Below, one piece after another: positions 48,501 to 56,100 of a stretch of DNA of 64,000 nucleotides (within the stretch, counting starts at the first letter, position 1; each line of letters starts with the position of its first letter). The position numbers and the translations under genes were made by a program. The stretch is taken from assembly GCA_965223845.1 (NCBI GenBank), contig CBDCXR010000004.1, positions 5,056,001-5,120,000 on the forward strand, written 5' to 3'. Origin of the DNA: Planctomycetota bacterium. Lineage in GTDB: Bacteria; Planctomycetota; UBA8108; SXIK01. The notes beneath the pieces were generated by a model that saw nothing but the letters and a program-made list of their open reading frames with translations, was not told the DNA's origin and did not search any database.

Positions 48501-50878
48501 CCTCCGGCACGACCGAATTCCTGCGCGACGGCAACGGAAACATCCTGCGCGAAACGCGCGAGACGTTGACCCTCGAACCGCTCGTCTCGCCGCCGCCGGA
48601 GGACGATCCCGAGTTCGATGCGAGCGGCCGCTACCGCGAACGCCGGAGCGTCGTTCGGGTTTTCGACCCGCTCGACCGTCCGAGCGTCACCATTACCGCA
48701 TCGGGAGGCGTGTGGCGCGCCCGCTACGACGCCGCGAGCAACATCATCCTCGTCACAGATCCGGAGGGGCCGAACCTCAACCCGGACGCCGATCCCGAGA
48801 TTGCGGGCGTCGTCGATCTCATCGACCCAGAGATTCGCGGCGCGCTGAACGCGCACGGAAATCACATCCGCTACCGGTACGACAATCTCGGCCGACTCGT
48901 CGAATCGGCGCACGAGCTGCGTGCGGGTGGCACCGGCGGCGGGAGCATCGATCGAGACAATCCGTTCAACAACGATGGACTGATCGTCGAGAAGTACGGA
49001 TACGACGCGAGCGGTCGTCTCTCGAGCCGAACGGACGATCGCGGAAACGTGACTGCGGTCGAGTACGACGCGGCGGGGCATCCTCGAGCGAAAACCTATC
49101 CCGGTGGGACGACCGAGACGTATCGCTACGACCGCGACGGCAATTTGCTCGAGCTGCGCGACGCGGGTGGCTCCGTGTTCCGCCAGGAGTTCGACGCGCT
49201 CCATCGCGTCGTCACACGACGCATCGAACGCGGCGAAGGAATCGCGGGAACGACGCTGCAGCGGTTCACGTACGACGGACTCTCTCGCGTCCGAAGCAGC
49301 CTCGACAACAACGATCCGGACGAAGATGGTGACGATGCTCTCCGCGTCGTGAGCTTCGATTCGCTCGGCCGTCGCGTAGAGGAGATCCAGGCGGGGTTCC
49401 CCGTTCGTTCGGGCTACGATCGGAACGGGCGGCTCACTTGGCGCCGGCATCCGGACGGACGGACGATTTTCTCTCCGCGCGATGTCCTCGGAGCGCAGCG
49501 ATCGTTAGCCGACGGAGCGGGTCCGTTCGCCGAGTACCGCTATTTCGGTTCGGGAGACCTCCTCGAGAAGGTGCTCCCGAACGACGCTCGCCTCTCGTTT
49601 CTTCGCGCGCGTGGAGACGAGACTCCGCGGCGGGGCGGCTATCACCGGACGGGCGAGCCGCTCGAGCTCCTCTACACGAATTCGGCGGGCGCCATCGTAG
49701 TCGGCTTCGAGTACGGCAGGAATCGTCTCGGCGATCCGGTCTACCGTCTTCCGCGGCACCAGGGTGACGGCCGCGGCGATGCTTGGCGCTTCGACTCGGT
49801 GTATCGTCTCCGCCGATTCATTCCGAACGTGTTCAATCCGGCGTCGCCGCCGCCCGACCCGACCGAGAAGCTCGACGTCTTTCCCGACGGAAATCACAAC
49901 TGGCATCTCGTCGAGGTCGACTTCCAGCGCACGATGCTCGAGGTGAACGAGCGGAATGAGTACACCTCGTCCGGCGACGAGGCGTACTCGTACGACGGCG
50001 CCGGCAATCTCACCGCCACGGATCGGCTTCGGTTTCAATACGATGCACTCGCGCGGCTGGTCGAAGTGCAGCGCGATGGCGAGCTCGTCGCGCGTTACAC
50101 CTACGATGCCACGGGGAGTTCGAGCTCTCGCGCGTTTCGCGGACGGGGCCAGAGGACGTGGAAACGCGTCGCGATTCCGGCGCGAGGGCAACCGGCGGGG
50201 GAGGTCGCGTTTCTCTACGCCGGATCGGAGCTCATCGAAGAACGCGTTCTCGGCGGCGCACTCCGGCAGTTCGTTTGGGAAGAGATCTCGGGTACTCGCT
50301 CGATCGCCGCACGCATAGAGCGGGTCGGAAGCGAGTTCCCGGCCGTCGATTTCTTCATCGGGAACGCGGAGCGCAGCACCGCGGCCATCCTCGACACCGC
50401 CGGCGCGATCGTGGAGACGACTCGCTTCGACGCGCACGGCATTCCACGAATCATCAACCCCTCGGGGCTCGACCTCGCGTACTCGCGCCGGGGCAACTCG
50501 GGCTTCTTGCCGGGGGCGTACTATGACTACGAGATCGGGATGCACCTCGTCGGCGCGAGGCACTTCGATCCGTCGCTGGGGCGGTACCTGTCGCGCGGTG
50601 GGTCGACGGAACCGCTCACGCGTGCGCCACTCGGCCTAAACCCGTATCTCGTTCCCTCTCTCGGTGGAATTGCCGGCGCCGTGACGGGCGAAGGCACTGC
50701 GCTTCGTCGCGATCCGGCGATCGAGCCGCTCCGGGTCCACGCCGCGCACCGCTACGTGGAGTTCTCGGTCGCGGAGCGCGACGCGAGCGGCGCGCGGGCC
50801 GCGGCTCTCTCTCTCTATCCGCTCGGCGGCCCGCGAGACGCTCCGCGTCGACGAGACAGGATCGATCGAGCGGAGTGA
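42557..50878 (+). CDS. Giant secreted RHS/YD-repeat protein: signal peptide, dockerin-like module, Ig-like stalk, DUF6531, YD shell, degenerate RHS core
   Basis: N-terminal FIRGDCDQ..NITDP..DACDSNDSERVDIADP; Big_2, about 4 Ig repeats, 2 Big_1-like (TDASG, TNAHG) and a carboxypeptidase-regulatory-like domain; SGEL..EDL..GRG..R.YES..LG.NW (DUF6531); many YD repeats; GAYYDYEIGMHLVGARHFDPSLGRYLS. Confidence 0.9.
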   Translation: MALRSLAFSLALLCTVPCGAQGVFIRGDCDQSQRLNITDPIFTLEFLFADGREPVCFDACDSNDSERVDIADPIYTLLYLFADGAEPRPPFPHEGADPTAAPLPEDDIGCSNGRTPAAEVRISPREVRFERLGDALALRVVSVDATGIPADVHDAPTIVYDVADPSIAEVDGAGVVTATGIGRTSLSVRYAGAVRTVPIVVPAGADGGPTIRVISPLDGSIVRSDAVIVSGLVARTTAVMVNGDSLEVDDDRFSGEVELTLGGNLLRVVAMGDPGLEAAEEIRVTRVARDAADVVGPDGRFLPVVPEPFVSSPDTRAPTVLVTSPEPGSTVASSIVHVEGTVDENDVFVTVGGVAALVADRSFRATLSLPPGESTVRVIATDALENVGESEFRVRVEAAAPRLAIVDPPDAPTLVFGRRTARLRGTVSPPGATVVANGRRAEVNGSTWQVDVAFRDGVQRLVLAAQSFGAAGAPVRSQLVRSVVVDESPPLVELAFPPDGEFIGGAAFETDASTLLWTGRIEDAGGAPRPFVGTLAIDIDGVAATVSRNAFSASVPVPPGANDLELVARDARGNELRRRLSVVRRSFPRSFELLSPAVSDSPRGSNEFLRVRVTESGRVVPNVEVVWSIRWGESAFESPGTGVRERTTRTFTDASGVAAVAWSAGEAAGLQTVVVRSRDCATRSFVRTVAHGDATLLVTRRDGPFVVSTDEGSRSIPVRLFDLAGNEIPDEDITTEVIAGGASLGGAQIARDRTNAHGIVSVIVTVPPDDDSESLLRLSHRGGAVLELTVEGRKPGAAADTDVVGTIAYEDGAPIAGARITLAGWESTPGLIAATDAFGRFRIGGAPSGCGVIQITSELGTASRPIETLTGRRLELGRISLPQPELVDARRRSLSATQVETNPNGARVVLPALPGAQLHLTPLDLITSHGEFTLAAPHLHVAPASAPDGTHPIGLVGVLPEDGRFARAPAIALPAIGSAGDQRFTLYEFRAAAGGFVDLGTTVVEAGTKRIDVPRHLAPRSGGYFFAAPSRRPPSGDTVVGGQIAFVGPEDGQVPQRARSEVLGFQVYAHSGELYVEEEDLVVRGRGLSFRFGRRYESRHEFVGSLGNNWEHDYEDRRIYPGLGGRNIVRANGRGSFDEYLYDANADGYISPIGVFSHLWRVAEGWIERDPEGIRYEYESFDGTARAGRLAAIEDAAGNRMEFTRKENGRIDFVRDSLGRRIVYEHDERGRVRRVTDFTGRRVEFEYDARGDLVAVTGPAVVGLPTPNLFPNGKRSEYRYSSGFDDERLNHNLTQIIDPAEVIGAGRARVTIEYGEGPDIETFDRVTAQEWSVPDGNGSESSRAEFDYASLVAPGRPDPANVEDLEEALLGPAARTDFTNARGVRSRVISSGAGLPLVVRVYTSPALDDLRARDPTRRFPTPGVAPRHYETRREWTREGLLRAITHPGGDRTRFEHDERAPLRHAQAAITRVVEVPLAEAPGEATPAVTTYRRDPFFGRVLELVPPRGNRPGANAEDFVERSFVDYQEGTEIDELASRVGRDVDTVRAALLHAGIELGLGDLNGDGETSRAFGRIVRVVRPPLETPAGGSEESIATKAYNRFGQLVEERDGSGRLVRFRYHSETDPEGDGTATNGEGLDPETGGFLAAEIRVLDEAAGDEIARSFRYDEWGHPRELTDGRGNTLIHTYNALGQLVQIQFPSPLRYRRQVFYDASDRATLVRLENFSMTDGGIPFAVAENRWFETRIDYDILHRPIRVEREIEEGELTGEARAAITRIHYTPTGEIARIERDGDEASEAWRYDERGLPLWHARGPGTADEAAITNLRDAAGQPVVRIDAADSDGDGEPERQRFVRDGFHRSIAEIDALGGARIIARDVEGRALDEAIVGDPGRVGAASGGGDSPLVLLARRSWTYNARGGVETSRRELFGGITPEGDPLPPETLITRYWYDGADRLIARRDPLGLLTEREYDGAGRLERIREPSGTTEFLRDGNGNILRETRETLTLEPLVSPPPEDDPEFDASGRYRERRSVVRVFDPLDRPSVTITASGGVWRARYDAASNIILVTDPEGPNLNPDADPEIAGVVDLIDPEIRGALNAHGNHIRYRYDNLGRLVESAHELRAGGTGGGSIDRDNPFNNDGLIVEKYGYDASGRLSSRTDDRGNVTAVEYDAAGHPRAKTYPGGTTETYRYDRDGNLLELRDAGGSVFRQEFDALHRVVTRRIERGEGIAGTTLQRFTYDGLSRVRSSLDNNDPDEDGDDALRVVSFDSLGRRVEEIQAGFPVRSGYDRNGRLTWRRHPDGRTIFSPRDVLGAQRSLADGAGPFAEYRYFGSGDLLEKVLPNDARLSFLRARGDETPRRGGYHRTGEPLELLYTNSAGAIVVGFEYGRNRLGDPVYRLPRHQGDGRGDAWRFDSVYRLRRFIPNVFNPASPPPDPTEKLDVFPDGNHNWHLVEVDFQRTMLEVNERNEYTSSGDEAYSYDGAGNLTATDRLRFQYDALARLVEVQRDGELVARYTYDATGSSSSRAFRGRGQRTWKRVAIPARGQPAGEVAFLYAGSELIEERVLGGALRQFVWEEISGTRSIAARIERVGSEFPAVDFFIGNAERSTAAILDTAGAIVETTRFDAHGIPRIINPSGLDLAYSRRGNSGFLPGAYYDYEIGMHLVGARHFDPSLGRYLSRGGSTEPLTRAPLGLNPYLVPSLGGIAGAVTGEGTALRRDPAIEPLRVHAAHRYVEFSVAERDASGARAAALSLYPLGGPRDAPRRRDRIDRAE

Positions 50879-51129
50879 TCCCGGTCGGACGCTGAGCGAA
50901 GCCCCGCCGACTCCGGCTCCGGGGTCCGTCCCCACAGGGAAATACCGGCTTTGTTCGGGTCCTCGGCATCGCACACCGTCGCTCGCTCTCGCCGGATCGC
51001 TGTTCCCGGGGAGACTCCGGCCCGTCCCGCCTGGAGAGAAGACCGGGTGGATCGTATCCTGGAGCGCGCCGGGCGCCGTCGCGCGCGGACCACTGGGTAG
51101 GTGATTTGAGTCGCACGGAGGAAGGGTCC

Positions 51130-53031
51130 ATGGAGCGCACATCGCTCTCGTTCGCGTTGCTGGCCATCGCCGGCATCGTCTCGTTCGGCGGAGTCGGCGT
51201 CGAGCCGCTCGCCGCGGATGACACCGTTCAAGATTTCAACGCCACCTTTTTCGCCCCACCCGAGGCGCAGCGGTTTCGACTCGACCAGTTCGGGAGCGAT
51301 CCGGCGCCGTCGGTCGATCCCGACGGCTGGGATGATAACTTCCTCCGCATCACCGAGGCGGTGAACAGTCAGCTCAACGTCGTCGCGTTCAATCAAGTTC
51401 ATTCCGGAGAGTACGACCAGCTTCTCATCGAGCTCGAGTTCCGCATCGACAACGGTCCGGGGGGTGCCGACGGCATCGCGGTCGCCTACCTCAATTCCGA
51501 GTTCTACGGTTCGACCACCGGCGATCCGACGCCGAGCATCTCCGAAGAACCGAATCTCTCCGGGTCGTTCGGAGTCGGCTTCGACACGTTCAACAACGCG
51601 GGTTTGGACGAGCCGGACATCAACGCGAGTGAACCCAACTCGGTCTCCGTTCATTTCGATGGTGCGATCGTGGTGAGCGAGCCGATCGACGCTCTCGAGC
51701 TCTCCTTGTTCGAGACTGCCGACCCGGCATCGGTTATGTCGGCGGCGATTCTCGTTTCACCGAGCGGAGGAGACTCCGACGTGACGATCGTCGTCACCAA
51801 CACCGACACCGGCGATACGCTCTCACTCGAAGTCTTTGTTCCCGGTCTTACGCCGTACGACGGCCGACTCGCGATCGGAGCACGGACCGGCGGAGCCAAC
51901 GCGAATCAAGACGTCGACAACATCGTCGTCACCGTCAGCGACGGCGACATCCAAACTGTCGTCCTCGAAGAAGACTTCGAGGACGAGGTAGATCCAGTCG
52001 AGCCACAGCTCCCCGAACCGACCGGCGGGACGGGATACCAGCTTCTCCACCTCGGGAGCAATCCCGCGCCGCAAATCTCGAGCGATCTCCCGGCCCCTGA
52101 AGAGGAAGAGGTCCGCGACGGATTCCTTCGCCTCACGCACGAAGTGGGATCGCAAGCCGGGCTCATCGTCTTCGATGTCACCTCGGATGAGACCGACGAG
52201 ATCACCGCGAATTTTCTCCTTCGCGGCTCGACGATCGAAGGGAGCAATCGCGCGGACGGAGCGTCATTCCTCCTTCTCGACACCGAGGTGTACGGCGAAG
52301 ACGAGGTTTTTTGGGACGGTTTCCGCATCTTTGAGGAGCCGAACCTCGTCGGCGCCTTTGGCGTGGGTTTCGATACGTTCAACAACAACGGCGGCGGCGA
52401 CGGTGTCGAAACCCCGGAACCGAACATCGGAAACCACGTCTCGCTCCATTGGAACGGCGAGCTCGTCGCCGTCGAGCGCTTCGACCGCGAGGACATCGAC
52501 CTCGTAGCGAACGAGTTTCACGAGGTGAGGGTCGCGCTTCTCGACGAGGGAGGGAGCTTTACCGTCTCCGTGTCGATCGTCGACGGCGCCGACGGATCGG
52601 AGCACACGCCGTTCGAGGATGTGCTCATCGAAGGGATGGCATTCAACGGCTCGCCTCGCGTCGCCTTCGGCGCGCGAACGGGTGGCGCGTTCGATCGCTA
52701 CGATATCGACGAGGTGAATGTCGTCTTCCCGGGCGGCGGCGGCGGCGGGACTCAGTTCCGGCGCGGAGAGTGCAACGGCGATCGAGCGGTCAACATCGCG
52801 GACGCGATCTTTCTCCTCAACTCGCTCTTCGGCGACGGAGCAGCTCCGCAGTGCACGGCCGCCGCGAACGTCAATCTCGACGGAGCGGTGAACATCGCCG
52901 ACGCGATCTATCTCCTCAATCACCTCTTCGGCGATGGCAACGAGCCGCCAGCGCCGTTCCCGAACTGCGGACCAGGAGGAGCGATCGACGAGACGCTCGG
53001 GTGTGAGACGACGTCGCCGGATTGCGCTTAG
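51130..53031 (+). CDS. Secreted protein with two tandem L-type (legume/ConA-like) lectin domains and a C-terminal dockerin-like module
   Basis: GGAGG RBS and ATG 51130; signal peptide; twice FLR.T..ADG..EEPNL.G.FGVGFDTFNN..VS.H..GARTGG; Gly linker; FRRGECNGDRAVNIADA..NVNLDGAVNIADA. Confidence 0.85.
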   Translation: MERTSLSFALLAIAGIVSFGGVGVEPLAADDTVQDFNATFFAPPEAQRFRLDQFGSDPAPSVDPDGWDDNFLRITEAVNSQLNVVAFNQVHSGEYDQLLIELEFRIDNGPGGADGIAVAYLNSEFYGSTTGDPTPSISEEPNLSGSFGVGFDTFNNAGLDEPDINASEPNSVSVHFDGAIVVSEPIDALELSLFETADPASVMSAAILVSPSGGDSDVTIVVTNTDTGDTLSLEVFVPGLTPYDGRLAIGARTGGANANQDVDNIVVTVSDGDIQTVVLEEDFEDEVDPVEPQLPEPTGGTGYQLLHLGSNPAPQISSDLPAPEEEEVRDGFLRLTHEVGSQAGLIVFDVTSDETDEITANFLLRGSTIEGSNRADGASFLLLDTEVYGEDEVFWDGFRIFEEPNLVGAFGVGFDTFNNNGGGDGVETPEPNIGNHVSLHWNGELVAVERFDREDIDLVANEFHEVRVALLDEGGSFTVSVSIVDGADGSEHTPFEDVLIEGMAFNGSPRVAFGARTGGAFDRYDIDEVNVVFPGGGGGGTQFRRGECNGDRAVNIADAIFLLNSLFGDGAAPQCTAAANVNLDGAVNIADAIYLLNHLFGDGNEPPAPFPNCGPGGAIDETLGCETTSPDCA

Positions 53032-53037
53032 GATCGC

Positions 53038-53092
53038 GAGTTCTCACCAGGTTCGCGTGCATCGCCCCGCTCACCGAATCTGGTGAGGACTC
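53038..53092 (+). other. Intergenic 18-bp RNA stem-loop inside the dockerin-protein cluster
   Basis: GAGTTCTCACCAGGTTCG pairs with CGAATCTGGTGAGGACTC; both mismatches are G-U pairs on the + strand; no U-tract. Confidence 0.6.
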
Positions 53093-53140
53093 CCAACTGG
53101 AGGTCGTGCGAAGGATCTCCAAGGGCAGCGGAGTCGCTTC

Positions 53141-56100
53141 ATGGCTGTTCGATTCGTCGCTATTCTCGTCGGCTTTGGTTTCCTATCGCCGATCGTTCCG
53201 CTCGCAGCGCAACCGGTGGAACTCACCGTCGAGCTCGGTGAAGACGGCGCCGATCTCGCATACGATGCCGCGCGCGACCGCATCTACGTCAGCCTTCCCG
53301 GTGCGAACGAGATCGCGGTTGTTTCTCTCGCGACCCTAGATGTCGTCGACCGCATCGCCGTCGGATCGGATCCGCGCGGCATCGGCCTCAGTCCGGACGG
53401 AGCTCGGCTCTTCGTCGCCCTCAGCGGAGGCCGGAGCGTCGCGGTCGTCGACCTTGAAACGAAGATCGCCGAAGAGGTCGAGATCGATCCCGAGCTTCTC
53501 GGTGGGACTGCGTTCGACGTGGCCGCGCCGTCGGGCGGTCAGGTGTTCGTCTCCGCGTCCGGCGGATTCTCGTGGATCGTCCTCGTCGAGATCGACGAAG
53601 AAGGATTCCCGGCGCGACGCGTTGCGAGCGATTTCATCATCCGCTGCAATCCGACGTTCGCCGAGGATCCGAGCGGCGCAGCTCTCTTCGTCGGCGAGTG
53701 TTTCAGCCCGAATTCCCTCTACAAGCTCGACCTGCCGGATGCGGACGCGCCCGTCGTCGCCGAGGACGACCACGGGTCGGTGAGCGGAACACAGCGGGCT
53801 GCCGTCAGTCCCGACGGCGCGCTCGTCGTCATCGGTTCGGGTCAAATCCTCAGCGCGGAGACCTTGCTCGAGGTGGGCCGCATCGCGCCGGGACTCCCGG
53901 CCTTCGGTGACGCGTCGGATACGGTCCACATGGCGCTCCCGGGAGGAGTCGTCGAAACTTACTCGATCGAAACGGAAGAAAAGACCGGAGAGGTCATGCT
54001 CCCCTGCGAGCTGCCATCGGTCGATCGGTTCGTCGTGCTCCCGAGTGACTCGGGAATGGTGGTATTGTCGCGCGACGTCCTCTGCGGACTCGTCACCCCC
54101 CCGGAATGCACCGAGCCGCCTCCAGCTCCGACCGCTCCCGAGCCGAGCGTCGATGCGGAACTCGATCTCTTCGGACGGGTTGAGCTCTCCTGGCGGAATG
54201 TCGGTGGAACCTGCCCCAATTCCTTCGACGTTCGATTCGGAACGGAAAACCCTTCGACCGAGCTCGCTTGCACGGACCTTCGAGGTACGTTCTGCTCGGT
54301 GACCGAGCTCGAGCGCGACACGACGTACTACTGGCAGGTCGTCGTGCGGAACGATCTCGGCGCGACCGAGGGTCCCGTTTGGTCGTTCACGACGAGTGAC
54401 TTCGACGCGAGCGCTCTCAGTGATGTCGAGGTTCACTTGGGCGCCCGACCCACGGACACCGCGTTCGACGCGGAGCGTCGCCGGATCTATCTCAGCCTGC
54501 CGAACCTCAACGAAGTCGCGGTGGTTTCGATCGATTCGTGGGAGGTCATCGATCGTTTCACCTTCGGCGCCTCGCCCCAGGGAATCGACCTCAGCGCCGA
54601 CGGGTCGACGCTCTACGTCGCGACGAGCGAGAACGTGTCGGTCGTACTCTTCGATCTCGAAACCGGCGGCCGCGCCGCGGTCGGACTCGCGCCGGAGATC
54701 GGAAATGGTGGTGCGTACGATGTCGTCGAGGGCGCTCCGCGCGAGCTCTACGTCTCCGCCAATCCGGGTAGCTCGGGATTCGCGTGGATCGTCAAGGTCG
54801 ACCTCGACGGCGGAAACTCCGTAACCCGCGTCGCCAACGAAACCATCATTCGCTGCAATCCGCGTCTCGCCGTGAGTCCCGATCGCACGAATCTCTACGT
54901 CGGAGAGTGTTTCAGCCCGAACTCGCTCTACCGTCTCGACCTCACGCAGCCGGACGCACCGATCGTCGCCGAAGACTCTCACGGCGAGGTGGGCGGAACT
55001 TCGCACCTCGAGATCAGTCCCGACGGCGAGAGGATCTTCCTCTCGGGCGGTCAGGTGGTTCGTGCCGGTTCGGTCAATCCAGTAGGACGCGTCGAGGGCA
55101 TCTACCCGCGCTTCGGCGATCGAGGAGACGTCGTTTTCGGCCTATCTGATCCGAGCTCGATCGCCGTCTTCGAAACGCGGGGCTTCGAAGAGGTGCACCG
55201 GTTCGACATTCCGTGTCGCGTGCGCGACGTGCGGTCGTTCGTCGTTCTCCCCGACAGCGAAGGCTGGCTTGCGGTCTTCGACGATCGACTCTGCGGCGTT
55301 GCGCCGACGATCGAGTGCACCTCGCCGCCACCGGCGTCAGCCTCCCCTCAGCCGCCGGACGGAACGGAGGACGCGCTCTTCGGGTCGACGCTTCTCGCGT
55401 GGTCGAACGAAGGGTCGAGTTGCCCGAACGAATACGACGTTCTCTTCGGAACGGCAAATCCGCCCGAAGATCTCTTCTGCACCGGACTCAGCGAGTCGCG
55501 CTGCGTGGTGGACGACCTCACGGTCGGCGAGACGTACTACTGGCAGGTCATAGCGCGGAACGCCTCCGGCGAAACGGCCGGATCGATTTGGTCGTTCACA
55601 GCGAGTCCGGGGCCACCCGACGCGAACTTCGGCGTCGAGCTCGACCTTCTGGGTCTCGCGGGCGACAGCGTTCTCGACTCGGTGCGCGAGCTCGTCTACG
55701 TGAGCCTCCCCGAACGAAGTGAGATCGCGATCGTCTCGCTCCGAGCCGCTGCGATCGTCGATCGCGTTCCTCTCGGCGGGGGTCCGCGTGGTCTCGATCT
55801 CTCAGCGGATGGGAGCCGGTTGTTCGTCGCGCTCAGCCACACCGCCGCCATCGCAATCGTCGACACCGAAACGCGCGAAGCGGAAGAAATCGACATCTCC
55901 GCGGCGATCGGCGGCACCGCGTTCGATGTCGCCGTCGGGATGGACGGCCGAGTGTTCGTCTCCGGCGAAGGCCTCGGTGTCGTCGATCCGGGCGCGGGGA
56001 ACGCAGTCGCGCCGCTCGGCGACCACTCCGAGATCGCCTGCGAGCCGCAACTCGTCGCGAGTGCACACGGCCCGTTCCTCTACGTGAGCGGATGCTCGGG

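Noticed and set aside
42557-50878. Classical RHS polymorphic toxin-immunity locus or T6SS effector
   Set aside because: No PAAR or VgrG domain, no intact DPxG, no toxin-sized tip, no immunity ORF and no orphan tip cassettes.
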